Numbered from the whole stretch's first letter, positions 40,101 to 54,153 are shown. The stretch: 63,229 nucleotides of DNA, filler included, from Bipalium vagum (GCA_037834085.1; 3 parts of 3 records of this genome joined end to end with filler, not necessarily neighbours in it), one strand, 5' to 3'. The notes: generated by a model not told the origin, from the sequence alone. Program-made: numbers and translations.

Positions 40101-40215
40101 ATTTGTTGGTTAACATTATTTTAAATTTCTAAATGTGATTTAGATTTTTTATGAGAAATTAAACCTGCAAGTATATTACAATCTTTTCACAAATGTCACA
40201 GTAAGTTGAATTCAT
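37180..40215 (-). pseudogene. protein-primed family B DNA polymerase, disrupted and internally deleted
   Basis: PFVIYADIE, DHDHYDGNYRDPAHLDCN, PIFFHNGSG, GKGIYPYEY, YLKQDVMLLTDIFE, ILELSKLIMYEFYY, YQDTDS and LKSKSY. Polymerase motifs A and B are missing across about 37810. Confidence 0.92.
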
Positions 40216-40336
40216 TTTTTAAGCAAAAAAAATTTTTTTCTATTTTATTTTTACTGATTTTCAACTTTTATTTTTTAAGAAAAAAATTGATATTTTTAAG
40301 TTTTTAAAACTAGTAATATAAGAATATAATAAATGA

Positions 40337-40473
40337 AGTAGTATGTAAAACCAGACTTTGGGGGAGGAAATTTTTTTTTTCTATTTTGATGGAGCTCTCC
40401 TCTGGGGTTGAGTGAAAAAAATAAAAAATAAAAGTGGGGATCCTGTCCTCAAAGTCTGGTTTTACATACTACT
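40337..40473. repeat. 24-bp perfect inverted repeat with Polinton-type termini
   Basis: AGTAGTATGTAAAACCAGACTTTG (40337-40360) and its exact reverse complement (40450-40473). Confidence 0.95.
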
Positions 40474-40868
40474 CATACCCAAAATGTGGAAAACATGTGA
40501 ACGCGCTTATTTATTGATCAAAAATATGTAATACGCAAGAGAATCGTGGAAATAGAACTAAAATAAGAAAAACCTACAACGCTACCAAGAAAGGAAAAAT
40601 TCACGAATAATGGTAAACAGGAAAATCTTAATTCACTAAGAAAAATCGTGGTCGATTAAGCTAACTAAACTTTTTGGATAAAATCCTTACGTATTATTAA
40701 ACATTTCCTTTTTTATTTGAATCTATTATGTTTGCAATTATCAGTGTTAGCAGCTATTTCAATAAAGTCACTCATAGTTTCAAAAATTTTCTTAATCCAA
40801 AAAAAAAATAAAATACTTAAACAAATTTCCGTAAATTAATTAATTTAAATAAAGTGTCTCTTTTATTA

Positions 40869-40968
40869 NNNNNNNNNNNNNNNNNNNNNNNNNNNNNNNN
40901 NNNNNNNNNNNNTTAATTAATTAANNNNNNNNNNNNNNNNNNNNNNNNNNNNNNNNNNNNNNNNNNNN
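40869..40968. other. artificial contig spacer N44-TTAATTAATTAA-N44
   Basis: Same 100-nt structure as 22142-22241. Confidence 0.97.
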
Positions 40969-41031
40969 TAAAAATTACGAAATTAAACTTAAAAATTACG
41001 AAATTAAACTTAAAAAATACGAAATTAAACT
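40969..41031. repeat. 21-bp tandem repeat, 3 copies, truncated by the gap
   Basis: taaaaattacgaaattaaact x3, with one mismatch in copy 3. Confidence 0.9.
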
Positions 41032-42179
41032 TTAAAACCTATATAATACTAAGTAAAGTTAAACGAATGATGATTATCCTAAATAATACCGGTATACTTG
41101 AAATTTCAGATTAATTGTTTGATGTCGAACTATGTTTACCAATCCATTCGAATGGAATTAAATTTAAATAAATATAGTTAATATAACTATCGTATATTAT
41201 AAATATAAATGAGTTTTGACCTTTATAAACTATAAGATAATTCCATGTACATATAAGTTAAGTCTTAAAGTTAATTACAGATATAACTATTCGTTTTAAA
41301 TGTTATGTAATTTAGTTGCATGTCATTTTTGCAATTAATTTATCTATTTTTAATAAATAATAAATTAAAATTTTCAGTTATTCTTTTAATTATTATTATT
41401 ATTTATTCTTTTTTTTATTATATGAAATCCATTAAAAATTAATATATTTAAATGGAGACTTTAAAATATGCAAGAGAAATTGTATTAAAAATTATAAACT
41501 CTAACAATTGAATTTAAGATTTATAATTTTAATTTAATTTATAAGACGTATTTATATAAGAACTAAGAGGAAAAAGCCACCCAGTTGAAAATTTCTAAAA
41601 CACTTTTCAATGAGATTATCGGATACTTCACTGTTCACTTGATTAATGATGTCTGGATATTCCAATTTTCGCAAAATTAAAATTTTTCCTCACTGATTTT
41701 CAGTTAAAATTTTTAATGCAATATCGTTGACATTTCCAAATACATTTTTCAAATGATTTTAAGTGTTAAAATTTTTTAATATTAATTTTTGAGAACTGAA
41801 AAAAAAGAATTTAATTATTAAAATTGAATTTAATTACTGAAAGAATTTATTTATAGATTTAAATTAAAAACATATTTCATTGTAAGATATAATTAAACTT
41901 TTTTTGTTATTATTTAGTTGAGAATTGTTATCCTATAAATTTAAGGAAAATATAAAAACTGATCAGCACATTGAATATATAGTTTATGAAGTTGTCGTGA
42001 TAGATAAATTCTTGAAAAATAGAATTTTATCTGACGATAATTGTTCCACAATTTAAATTTCAAGACAAATATTAAAATAATATTTGTTTACAATGTGACA
42101 AAATAGTTATCCAAAACATCTTTGCAAATTTTTGAAACGATTTTTCATTAATATCAGAAGAAATCGAAAAATTTTTTAT

Positions 42180-43050
42180 TTTCTTACGATGATGGACAGG
42201 ATTCAACGAATCCTAGCTAATAAGTCGACTATAAATGTACCGGTTTGTACATATCAAACGATCAAGGGACTCATCGAAAGACTCCAAACGTCGACCGCTC
42301 CAAAAGTGTTCGTCCGTCCAAAAGAGGTCGTAATTGAAAGAAATAAGAGCTGGAGTGTAGACAGGATGCGCCAGGATCTTAATATCATCATGTTCCTTAA
42401 ACTTTTGGTTGGTGTTTTAGTTAAGTGTGGTTTAGGTTTGTTCGGCTGAAATAGTGTACGCTTTCGATTAGTCAAAGCCGGTTATTTCACTTTAGACAGT
42501 AAAGTTCGCAGTTGATGACTTTCCCGCGTGGAAAACTTTCAAAGTGCAGGATGCCCTCAAAATTTCACAAGACGCAAATCCTCGCTTTCTTGTCAAATCA
42601 ATTTTTTCTTGGAACTGATGACGGAAATTGGCAACTAAAAACTCATTTCTTTATCTATCGTGGTTGACTAGACAGATTAATGAATTGTTGAGCAGCTAAA
42701 GGCAAATTTAAGTTGAGCCTCTGTTAGTTCGTATGGATTTTGTTTAGGTTCCCTGGCCACGAAGTTAATCTGATCCAAGTGATGTAAGATCGTAGGTTTG
42801 TGAACACGAGGTTTTTTTCCTAAGGAGAAAGTCTGTTTATCTAGAGCTAACAACAAATACTCGCTTATAAATATTGATGGTCACCAGCCTAGAAAGATCT
42901 TCTAAATTAAAATCACATTTGTTGAACCACTTGAATTATTCCCAATTGTTGTCTTAGTCATTGTATCAGAATCTTTTATCACTCATATCTCGTCCGTAGT
43001 TTCTGTAATTGTTTGGCCTTTCTTTCAATAAATCGTAGAAATTCTATATA
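42180..43050 (-). mobile_element. decayed mariner
   Basis: PALTNRKRTLFQPNKPKPH and ILAHPVYTPALISFNYDLF...HFWSGRRLESFDE on the minus strand. Confidence 0.7.
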
Positions 43051-44824
43051 TATAATTAAATCTCAAAATGGAAAAAGCAGGAATCAATGGATGACTTATG
43101 TTTTCTGTAATTAATATTAAAAAAAATTTTAAAAATGTTAAAAGATAATTTTTAAAGTTTATAGAATTTTAATTTTTTACTTTTCTCCAATAATAATGAA
43201 GATAATTTTATATAAATCATGATAGTAATCACATTTGAAGATAAATAATGGAGAAGGATATTAAAATTGACTGAAGAAGATCTGAATGAAAAAGCGTGTA
43301 CTTGAAAAAAAATCATTTATTATATATTTAATTAATAAAAACTATTAATTAAATATATTTGCTTAAATGCTTCCAACAGTTTCAGCATGATTTAAGCAAG
43401 TACTTATCCAAGAGTGTTGAACATAATCATAAGTCATTACAATTAAAAATAAAAATTGTAAGCCAACATTTGCATCATTATTATTATATTATCTATTATT
43501 ACAAAAATTCTACTTAATAATTACAAAATTTTAAAAAACCAAAATATTATAGATGACAAACTATTAATGACTAAGGAATTCATTACTTAGAGATTTGGCA
43601 AGGAAGACTTCTTAATATGGGTTGTGATCTGAGAAGTCACAGAATAGTGACTTATAAGTTATTAATAAGAATAAAATAATTACTTGCGCTACATTTTAAT
43701 TTGCATGAGTAAATAATTTATAATTTATTAATCTAATTAATCAATATAATATTATTGACATTTCTTAAATTAACCTTTTAAAATCTACTTTACAATTACG
43801 TTCGTAAGTTGACAACCTTCTAATTGTTTCTTATTAATTTTAACTGTTAGAGTTATTTTTCAATTTTATTTTATTTCCCCATTTATTTAGGACTATTATG
43901 TATATTATAATGTAAATCCTGTTATATTATCTTGTTATATGTACATTACATTTTATTATTTTTGTTATTATTGTAATATTTTTAAAAAATAGCCATGATT
44001 CTTAAAACCTATTTAAAAAAACAAAATTGGGTAATTTTTAATTTTCTTCAAAAGAAATTTTTATCATGGTTTCTTTTAAAAATGTTAAAATCAAAATTAC
44101 ATCTGAAAATAAAAACGCAATAAAATAATCTTTAACGACAACAAATGCTTTTCAATAACTTAAAATCTTAAATTATGTAACTACAACTGTGAACAAAAAT
44201 ATCATGAAGATAAAACATGTATTAGGGTAAACGAATTCCTTATTTTTAACATAGAGATCCAATTACAATAGGATAAACATGTAGAGTATCCCAAAATAAA
44301 CATTTTTTAACAATTAAGTTTTTTGATCTTTTTTAAAAAAATTTTTTATTTATTTATTGTGTTATGGGATTTTCACATTAAAGACATTTTTAACAACTCA
44401 ATACAATTATTTTTTATTAATTAAATTATCGACGCAATATTAACAAAAAAACAAAGGAGCATTTTTATATAGAATAAAAATAGAAATTATTTTATTATTA
44501 TTAACTGTAAATAATAATAATAATAATAATAATAAATTTATTATTAATTAATATGTAGAAAATTATATATTAAAACCAGAAAGAAGGCAAAAAAAGTCAG
44601 AAGTAGCCTTTAGTATCATAACCTACGTGTTTAAGATGAAACTACTAATTTTTATTTTGAATGTAAAAACCAAATACTACAGCATTCTAAACGAACCAAA
44701 AAAGAAAAATTATTATTGATAAGAAGCACAAACCAGATTTTTGTAGTTTCACATAAAAAAATTCAACCAATAAGGAAATTTTAGCTTACTCTTTATCGTA
44801 AAGTAAGTTAGATCAAATTATATA

Positions 44825-46104
44825 CGAGGGCGGTTCAATAAGTCCGTGAAAAATAAAACAAATTTTAGCCCTAATGTTTTTCAACTTTGTTAATAAACAA
44901 TTTAGACATTAAAAATGTAAAATCCGATAAATACATAAAATTGTGTTAATTATATCACATTTCAAAGTTGTCAATAACAATTATCAATATGAAAATGGAA
45001 ATGGAAATGAAATGAAATATGAAATGGAGTCCTCCTGACACATTATTTTTTTTGAGACGTAAAACAATCAGTGAAACAAATTTACGACTCATTAAATATT
45101 ATGGTGACTCCTCACCATCAATCGGGATGATCCATAAATGGTTCACCGAATTTCGTTGTGGCCGTACAGGCACAGATGATTCCGCACGGTCTGGTCGTCC
45201 AAATGAAGTGAAAAAATCGGAAATTATTCAAAAGATTCACGATATTGTTCTTCATGATTGACGAATCAAAGTGCGCGAGATAGCCCAAGCTGTTGGCACA
45301 TCAGTTGGATCAACATTTTCAATTTTGCATAAAGATTTGGAAATGAGAAAACTGTCTGCGAGATGGGTGCCGCGCTTGCTCACAGTTGATCAAAAGCGTG
45401 AGCGTATGCGAAGTTCGGGGAGCAAGGTTTGGCTTTATGATCAACATTCCAAATGAATTTCTTCATCGTTTTATCACTGTTGATGAAACTTCGATTCACC
45501 ACTATACCCCTGAATCTTAAAATCAATCAAAGCAGTAGATAAAATCAGGCGAACCAACTCCGAAAAAGGCGAAGACTGTTGCATCTGCTGGAAAGGTCAT
45601 GGCTATCATTTTTTTGAATGCGCACGGTGTAATTCTAGCTGGTTATCTTGAAAAAGGAAAAACAATTAATGGAGAATATTATAGTGGATTATTGACCAGT
45701 TTGAATGAAGAGATTAAAGTGAAACAGTCACACATGTTGAAGAAAAAAGTCCTGTTCCTTCATGTTAACGCCGTCTCACAGGTTAGCAGGTGCAATTTTA
45801 AAACTGCATGAACTACACTTTCAACTGCTTTCACATCCACCATATTCTCCCGATTTATCTCCGTCTGATTATTTCCTCTTTCCAGACATAAAAAATAGCT
45901 TGCAGGTCGAAAATTTCAATCGGATATTGAAATCATTCATGAAGTAAATGCTTATTGATGGACTGGATAAATCTTATTATAAAGAAGTAAACTTGAGAAA
46001 CGTTAGACGAAATGTATAGACCTACTTGGGAATTATGTTGAAAAATAAACTTTATTCTGTGTAAATATATTAGTCGTTATTTTATTTTTCATGAACTACC
46101 CTCA
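44825..46104 (+). mobile_element. near full-length mariner (about 1.28 kb) with a defective transposase
   Basis: TA-flanked TIRs CGAGGGCGGTTCA.../...TGAACTACCCTCA; ARWVPRLLT, ITVDET and HPPYSPDLSPSDYFLF motifs; several stops. Confidence 0.95.
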
Positions 46105-47879
46105 TACATAAAAACAATCAAGAAATTCCCCCAAAAAGGCAAAATTTAAATCCAATAGAAAATCTATGATTTCTATTGAAAAGACTGCTGAAAAAGTCCT
46201 TCATGCATAATGTACACCGATTGAAGCTACATGTCTTGGGAACTTTAGTAATCAGAACCCAAAACAAAGGTTATCTAATCTAGCCCGTTTCATGCCAACA
46301 GGACTTGTTGAAGTTATCAAGTTCCTTCAATTATTAAAGATTAAAATATTATTTGTTTATTTTTATTCTATTGTATTTGGATCTCGATGTTAAAAATAAA
46401 GAATTCCCTTGCTCTAATACATGTTTATCCTAAACTATTCGATGTCAAAGTTTAAAATTGTAAAATATAAATATTAAGTTTTAGAGTCTCGATGTTATAC
46501 TTGTTACATAACCAATATTTATATTTAATAGATTTTATTTTAATTCACACAATGTATTAATTTTTCTATAATATTAAAAAATATTTTTTAAAAAATTTTA
46601 TTTTATTAAAAAATTATTTTTTTATTAAATTATATTATTTTTTAAAAAACGGATAAGATATTATTAATAATTACCTTTACATTTTTATCAAATAATCTGT
46701 TACTTTGATTCAAAGTAAAAAAAATTATTATAATAAATTAAAAAAATTTTAATTAAATATTCTTATTTTAAAAACTTTGATTAATATAATCGATAAAAAG
46801 TTTAAAAAGTTGATTAAAAAATCAATATTTTTTATGAATCAGAACAATACTATTTTAAAAATTAGAAAATTGGAACCTTTGTTAATCAATAATATTGTGA
46901 GAAAATAAGATTAGGCCAATCTAAACCACATATTTTGACAAAATAATAGCCATATAATCTCTATAATTGCTCGAAAACCGATCTAAAATTGTTTCAATTG
47001 TTAAGGATTTAATTCAGTACACTCATTTAGATAAAAATTGAGAGTCATAAGTATGAATTTACAGAATAAACGATTTCTGATATTTAATTATTTTTATCAG
47101 ATGGAAAAAAATAATTGAAAACTGCTGAAAAATTTTATAGAAATTATTTTAAAAATGTACTTTCTACCATTTCTTTAATAATAAATAATTATTATAAAAA
47201 TATTTTTCTTTTGATATGATTTAAATGTATATTTCTTCAATTTTGTACTTCTATTCTACAAGACTCATTTAATAGTTTCAATGAACGTTACTGAAAAAAA
47301 TTAATAATTAGTGTTTAAATCAAATGAAATTTAAGAACTGAATCTTATAATATTTTACAAATATAAATCAAATTAAAATTATTTTTTAAAATATCAGACC
47401 TCGTTGAAGTTAATAATTATTAAATTAATTTTTTTTAATTTTAAATAAAAAGATTAAAAATTAATATTTTTTCCATTTATATTTAATTTAATGATTTTTA
47501 ATTAATTATGTAATTCAACTTAATTTGAGCCTCATAAAACAATATTTTAACCAATAATTATGTCTGTAAAAGAAAACGTGATTTTAAAAGTTTTTATTAA
47601 TATTATATATTTTTGCATTGTAAGTTTTTCCTTTATTACAGAATTACAACATATTTATCATGATTACCACGTTTTTCGGTAATACACTTACTGGTTAGTG
47701 GATTTTAAATGTTCAATAGATAAGATGAAAGGCTCTTATTAAACAGTAAAAGCTTATTGAGAAATTTATAAAACAAAAATTGAATCTAGTATTTATAATC
47801 TTCATCTCGACTAGCAAAGCTTTCTTCATCTAAAAAAAAATCAACATGTGCTGTTCTGTATTTCTTTTTAATTTCAAAA

Positions 47880-48610
47880 CACATCTCTGATTTTTCCATC
47901 ATTTAATGATACTTAATTGAACTACAAAATTCTGAACAACTTTTGAATTTGAAAGAACTTACAGCAAAATTTACAGTTTCCAAATTGAATTGCTCCTTAC
48001 AAAGCAGTGCGTTTGTTGTGGGCACAACAGCATCGCTAAACAAAGTAATCAGTAGTCATCTTCAGTGATTAGTCAAAGTTTCAGATTAATAATGCACAAC
48101 AGTTCAAACGGCGTAAGAAAGGCCCTATATTGCAGGAACGGTTTGTTATCCATCTTCATAGGAAAAGTTCACCTCACTGCATGGATGGGGATCGTTCTGT
48201 AGAGATGGATTTGGTGATTTGGTTGAGTTTAACTTTGGTTTTATTCTGAAGATTATTTTGAGCTATTAGAACAGTACCTCCTTGCTTTATATCAAATGAA
48301 CAACATCAAAAATGATCTAATCCATACTACCAAAAAAACCAGTATACAATAAAAATCATAAAATACCTCTTCTGTCGTGGGCAGCAATCAGTTCCTCATG
48401 GAAAATATATAGGGACGCATGAAACATAAACCTCATCTTATGGCCAAAAGCCTATCACTTATGACGACTTGTTCAGCACCTGTCAGGAGCTGTGGAGCAC
48501 TACATGGGAGAAGAGAATGACCGAAGCAGACCCATAGATTCTATGGAGCGAAGTGTTTCCGCAATAGTCGAAGCAGCTGGAGGATATAGTTACATAATAT
48601 TAATCATATG
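47880..48610 (+). mobile_element. decayed Tc1-like relic
   Basis: IFSD*SKF, WGSFCRDG and C-terminal AIVEAAGGY motifs. Confidence 0.6.
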
Positions 48611-49734
48611 TATTGTATGTTCTTTGAATACATGAATATACCTAAAATTATATCTTAAAAATTATGTTAAATATTGAATTTTTTATTGGACAATTCAATG
48701 TAATAGATTGTATAAGTCATTCGGTTTTTTATCTGACATAACAACAGTTTCAAGATTTTGTGAAAATTATATATCATAACTTTATATCCAGCAAGATAGT
48801 GTTTCAGCTTACACCAGTTGCCGAAAGAGATATTGACTGACTAAGAACTTAAAATGTCTTTTTACCGGAAAAGTTATTTCTCTTGATTATTATCTATGAG
48901 TCTCACTTCAGTAATAACTTAATAGGTTTAAAATTTCGAACTCTTGATTCAGAAAGATATAAAATAGACTGTTGATGTAAACCTTATCACAAATTTTCAA
49001 AACCTAAATAATTTCCAAATCTAAAATTATTAATCACATACATACATAGAATATAGAATAAATAAAATTAAAATAAAAATTCCAGTCTCGTGACAAACTT
49101 GTAACATGTCAGTCCATTTATGCATCTGATGTCGTTTCTTTCTTACCATCAATTTGGACCTCGCTTATTATCTCTCATTATTTTTGACATTCATTCAAAT
49201 TGTTGATTACCTTTTGAATCTCCTTTTATCCGTCTTTGTAAAATATATTTTTTCATAATATTCTATACGTTAACATGTCAGCCATTCAAGTAACTTTTAC
49301 TAGTATAATTCTTTTTATCTATCAATAGCCCGAGATTAAGTAAAATAAATCCACTTCAAAATCTTAATTAAAATACTTGAATAATAAATTTTAGTAAATT
49401 TCTTCATTAACCCCAATAAAAAAGTTGATTAATAAAACCTTTAATAATCTCAAAAAAATTTATATCACATTCACCAACCTAAACAAAATCCATGCATATA
49501 TAAACAGTCACCATTTGGTTATTGTTAGTTTTGAAATTCTTGGTCATAAAAATATTTTTTGCTTAACTTATTTATGAGAAGTGTAGAGAACGAGGTTTCT
49601 TTTTATTTCTCTATCTAAATCACATTATTCGTTGTGATTATTTAATTTATTATCAACTATAAATTAACTAATAATTATAAAATTTTTAAAAATATTATAT
49701 TATACATTAAAATTTACGTTTTGCACTATGGTTA

Positions 49735-50330
49735 GATGTCGATGAAGCTCCGTTACACTGTCCAAAAAAAGATTTACACCCGAAAAGGTAATACTCACAG
49801 GATGGTGGTCTATGGCTGGTGTTATATATTTTTCGTTACTAAGACAGGGTGAAACTATTAAATGCGACAAATATTGTTCTTAAATTGAAATAATGCATAA
49901 AAAATTATGTATTAAACAACCGTCATTGAACAATAGAAAAAGTCATTCTGTTACATGACAGTACACGGCCACATGTGGCAAAGAAGACGTTGCAAAAGCT
50001 GAACAACTTAAACATTGAAATTTTACCACATCCTCCATATTCATCAGACTTATATCCGACCGATTATCATTTTTAAGCATTTGGATAATTTCTTGGTTCA
50101 AAGAATCATTACTGATCAGGGTGATGTCAAAATCGCCCTGTCAAAATTCCTGGACTCCAGAAAATCAGATTTTTATGCAAATAAGATCCTGAAATTAGTC
50201 TGTAGATGGGAAAATAATTTTTAGAATCTAATGGTGAATATTTTAATTAAATAAATATCTATTATTGCACTTTTAAAATATTTTTTTGTTTATTAAATAA
50301 TCGAACATTTCATATGTGACAACCTATGAT
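49735..50330 (+). mobile_element. mariner 3' half relic
   Basis: LHDSTRPHVAKKTLQKL...ILPHPPYSSDLYPTDYH...KLVCRWE; TIR-like end near 50300-50328. Confidence 0.85.
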
Positions 50331-52739
50331 CAACCTATGTGACAACACACACACATATATATTTATGTATATATTTAGCTTTATATAAAATACCAGGCTC
50401 CAGCTCTTCAATCCAAACTAGCTTAAGCGTCAACCAATACCATGTATCCAAATTAATGATGATAAGTTTTTAACATAATTCTGTTTTCTTTTATTTTTAA
50501 GGTGTCTTATGTAAAAGTTAGAACCCAGATTAATAATTTACTTCTCTTTCATGTCTCATAATATAGAATATAACACTATAACAAAATAATATAAAATTGT
50601 GTAAACAACAACATATAAAAATCAAAAAATAAAATATAAAATTAATATAAATTATAATATTTAATTAAAGTCGTTATTTGGATGAGCAATCATAAAATTT
50701 TAGTTAAAATTATTGGTGACAAAAAGTTATTAAATAAATGTGTAGAGCAAAAACTTTTATACAATTTACTATAAATAGAAATGTATAACAATATTTTATA
50801 AAATAATTTACAAAATATAATAGTAACATAAAGTTACAAATATTAAAAGTTAAATAAAATAAAATAATATAACAAATGATAAAAATTAACAAAAAACAAC
50901 ACAAAAATTTACAGCACTGAGAATAGTCAAAAAAGAGGAAAGCAACTAGCAGTGCCAGGAGATTTCAAGAACGTAATACCAGTATATAATTCAAGTACCA
51001 GCATTGGAAGAAAAAAATTAACAGAAACCAGAAAACAGTACTTTTAATCAGACAGGAAGCAGCAAGTAGAAACTCAGCTCGAATCTCAATAACTATAAAA
51101 GGGTCACTACATTCTAACAGAAAAGAGAGTAATTTGAGGACAATTGAAGAACAATTAGAAGAAAAAATTCGAGAACAATTTTGGAAAAGAAAGCGACAAA
51201 TAACTACAGATTACGATTTTGAAGCAGAAGGGTAAGCGTATTCGATTATGTAAATTTTTGTTTTTTACATTTGATATTTAGGGGATTTGATCACAAATCT
51301 TACTATTCAATTGATTGCTAAACAATTTTGATTCACACTTTAATAGGTGAACCAATACCAAAATAAATAAACACTTTTAACTGTAATTCGATTCTGAATT
51401 ATAAGTTAAAAGTCATTTAATTAATTTAAATAAATACTTAAGATTGGACCAGCCACTCCAACGCTTTAGGATCAAATAAATTCCTTTTTACTTATCTCTT
51501 AATATCTTCATATTTTTGCTTTCTTCACGTCAAGCAAAGGACGTAGAACCGATTTTTTACGAAGAACCCTTGAGAGTAGGTTACCGAAGGGTTATCTGAC
51601 TTTTCTTAAGCATTCTCTAAATCTCGGGTAAAATAATATTGTAAACAATAATAATAAATTGTCAAATTTATTTAAAAATATATTTAATTCAACATTTCGT
51701 TATCTCAGTTTATTATTGTTAAGTTTTAAATATCATTTTTAATCGATTTTTTATTATATTTGTCACTTAAATTTTTACTCTGTTCATACCCGCAGACTTA
51801 AAAACAATTTACATTAAGTTGCATAATCACAATTCACAAAGTTGTTCATCTTTAAATCTACCTTTTAGCAAACTTAACAGCTTAATATTAAAATTAAATC
51901 GTTTAGACATTCTTTGAAACTTGAAAACAATCATATAAATTGTAATTTTTTTTAAAGATTTTATTATTTTTTATTGATTTTTAAAATTTCTGAAAAGTGA
52001 TTATTTATATTTAATGAAAAATCAAAACGATTGATTGAAGTCTTGCAAGAAATTGATAAAATTTAATAACTGAAATATTCAATCAAATATTTCTTCTAAT
52101 TTATTTATTTATTATCTCTACCATAATCGAAAATTCAACTACTTTAATGAATTAAGAAGTTTAATTTGAATATGGAATATTTATTAATCAAAATCAAAGA
52201 ATTTTTCTTCTGGTGAATTTTAATAAATCATTATTGTATATTTTATGTCATTATTTTATATTTAAAAAAATAAAATCTAAACGGAAAATTCGATAATTTA
52301 GAATTTTTCCTGAAAAAATAATCGAATTTTTAATAAAAACAAATTTTCACCTGTAATGTTTTGTAAAGGTCAAGTATTATTATAATTCCGCATTCTCAAA
52401 AAATATTTTTTATTGGTAAAAATCTGGTATAATTTTATGTCTTTTTTACACTAAATATTCTTGAAGAAAATGAAGAATATAGAATGAGTAAATAAATTGT
52501 ATTCTCATGTTGAACGGTCAGGAATGTATAGTGGATATTATAAAATATGTAACGAAGCTTGGATAATGTTTCTGAGTAAATATAAATGTATTCGGCCTTG
52601 CATTATCATAATGGAAAATTTACCGATTCTATTCATTGTATGAATTGTATTATTTAGATTGGTTAGCTGGTTAATGTATTGGGTCAAGAAAATAAGTTGT
52701 TAATGTTTCTTAATTATACATTTAAGTTAATACAATAAC

Positions 52740-53400
52740 AAGTTTCTTGAATGGAAATTAATGATGTATTCTTGACACTATCTTTATGTTTAAACTTCAA
52801 TACCTTTGCGTTAAAATTCCGATTTCTTTTAAGGAAAATAGTCAAAAATCTCTTTTTGATAGCTTCTTTATCTTGGAACTTTAACTTGAAAATAGTAATC
52901 CAATGGTATCAGATCAGGAGAATATGTTGGATGTGGTAAGACGACTGAACTGATCTCTATATCTTATTGTGAATAAATCTATCGATATGTGGTCTCGCAT
53001 TATCTTAGTGGAGGAGCACATTTTTCCTGTTGTTTAGAGCAGGGTGATATTTTGACTTAGTCTGTATAATTTTCAAGCGTAGAGCTCCCATTAATAATAC
53101 GATTCTCACCCCATAGTTCTCTATGCACAGTTCTACTGATGTTCCACCAAACAGATAAAAACACTTTTTACATTTGGAAGGGATGTTTGATCAGGCTTCA
53201 ACCATTGTTGATGACATATCTTCCTTATCAAGCTATAAAAAATGGGTCCATTGGTATTTCAGAGGGTAGTGTTAGCACAAGTAAATCTTTTTGTAGCATA
53301 AAATAACTTTTTGAACGGTTGATTTTGCAACGTCAACACTTTTAACGATCGTTGAATATGAGACAGTTGTATTTTGATTGTATTTGGACAAAATTTTTTT
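52740..53400 (-). mobile_element. decayed mariner
   Basis: KVFLSVWWN...PALNNRKNVLLH*DNARPH...LPHPTYSPDLIPLDYYF on the minus strand. Confidence 0.8.
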
Positions 53401-54153
53401 CCTCATTTAAATTTTTTTTCCAATTTTCAATGTTAATTTTTATTGATCTACAAAATCAATAAATTATTTAGATAATATGAGACAATTTAATTTATAAAAA
53501 TAATGGCATTAGACAACCTATTCAAAAGTTATCACAGTTTGTAATCAACCACTGTTCATCATTAACAGTCTTTATATATTTGAATTAATGATTTGAGGGC
53601 ATTTTTCTTAAATCTCACAAAATTTTTATGATATCCTGCCATATAATGTAGCTTTGATGGAATTAAATAGTTAAAATGTTTAAAATTTAACTTAAATTAT
53701 TATAAAAGTATATCTTTGTTTGAATAAGAAAATATATATATGAATAAATTTAAGAATCTAAAAATATGAAATAATTACAAAACGTAACTATGTAAACCGA
53801 CTAAAAATTGAAAATTTTAAAAATTGCTCGAAATTATCATGTAAGATCATGTCTCATTAAGAAATTTACAGAAAATATTTCTATTATTGATTGTGGAGAT
53901 ATTGTGATCTTATATGGACATTTTATTTATAATTATGATTTTCTCTGATTAAAAATGTTTAATATTAAAACAATATTTCTCATCCACACAAAAATATAAT
54001 TTTTTTGACATAAAATAATATTAAAATAAATTTGTGGTTTTCTTCGAGTTAGAAATATCAAAGAACTGATTCTATTAAATGATTAGGGCAGCATTTTGCT
54101 TTTTGTAATTTAACTTGAACCCTTATTAGGTAATAGTCGTATAAAGGTAAATA

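Larger units (their letters stand above)
32500..40473. mobile_element. decayed Maverick/Polinton element (integrase +, ATPase and capsid relics +, pPolB -, right terminus ...ACTACT)
   Basis: Co-located integrase, packaging ATPase, capsid and protein-primed PolB relics plus an AGTAGT/ACTACT terminus. Left boundary not found. Confidence 0.88.

Noticed and set aside
40969-41031. CRISPR-like array
   Set aside because: Head-to-tail 21-mers with no spacers in a eukaryotic context; a simple minisatellite.
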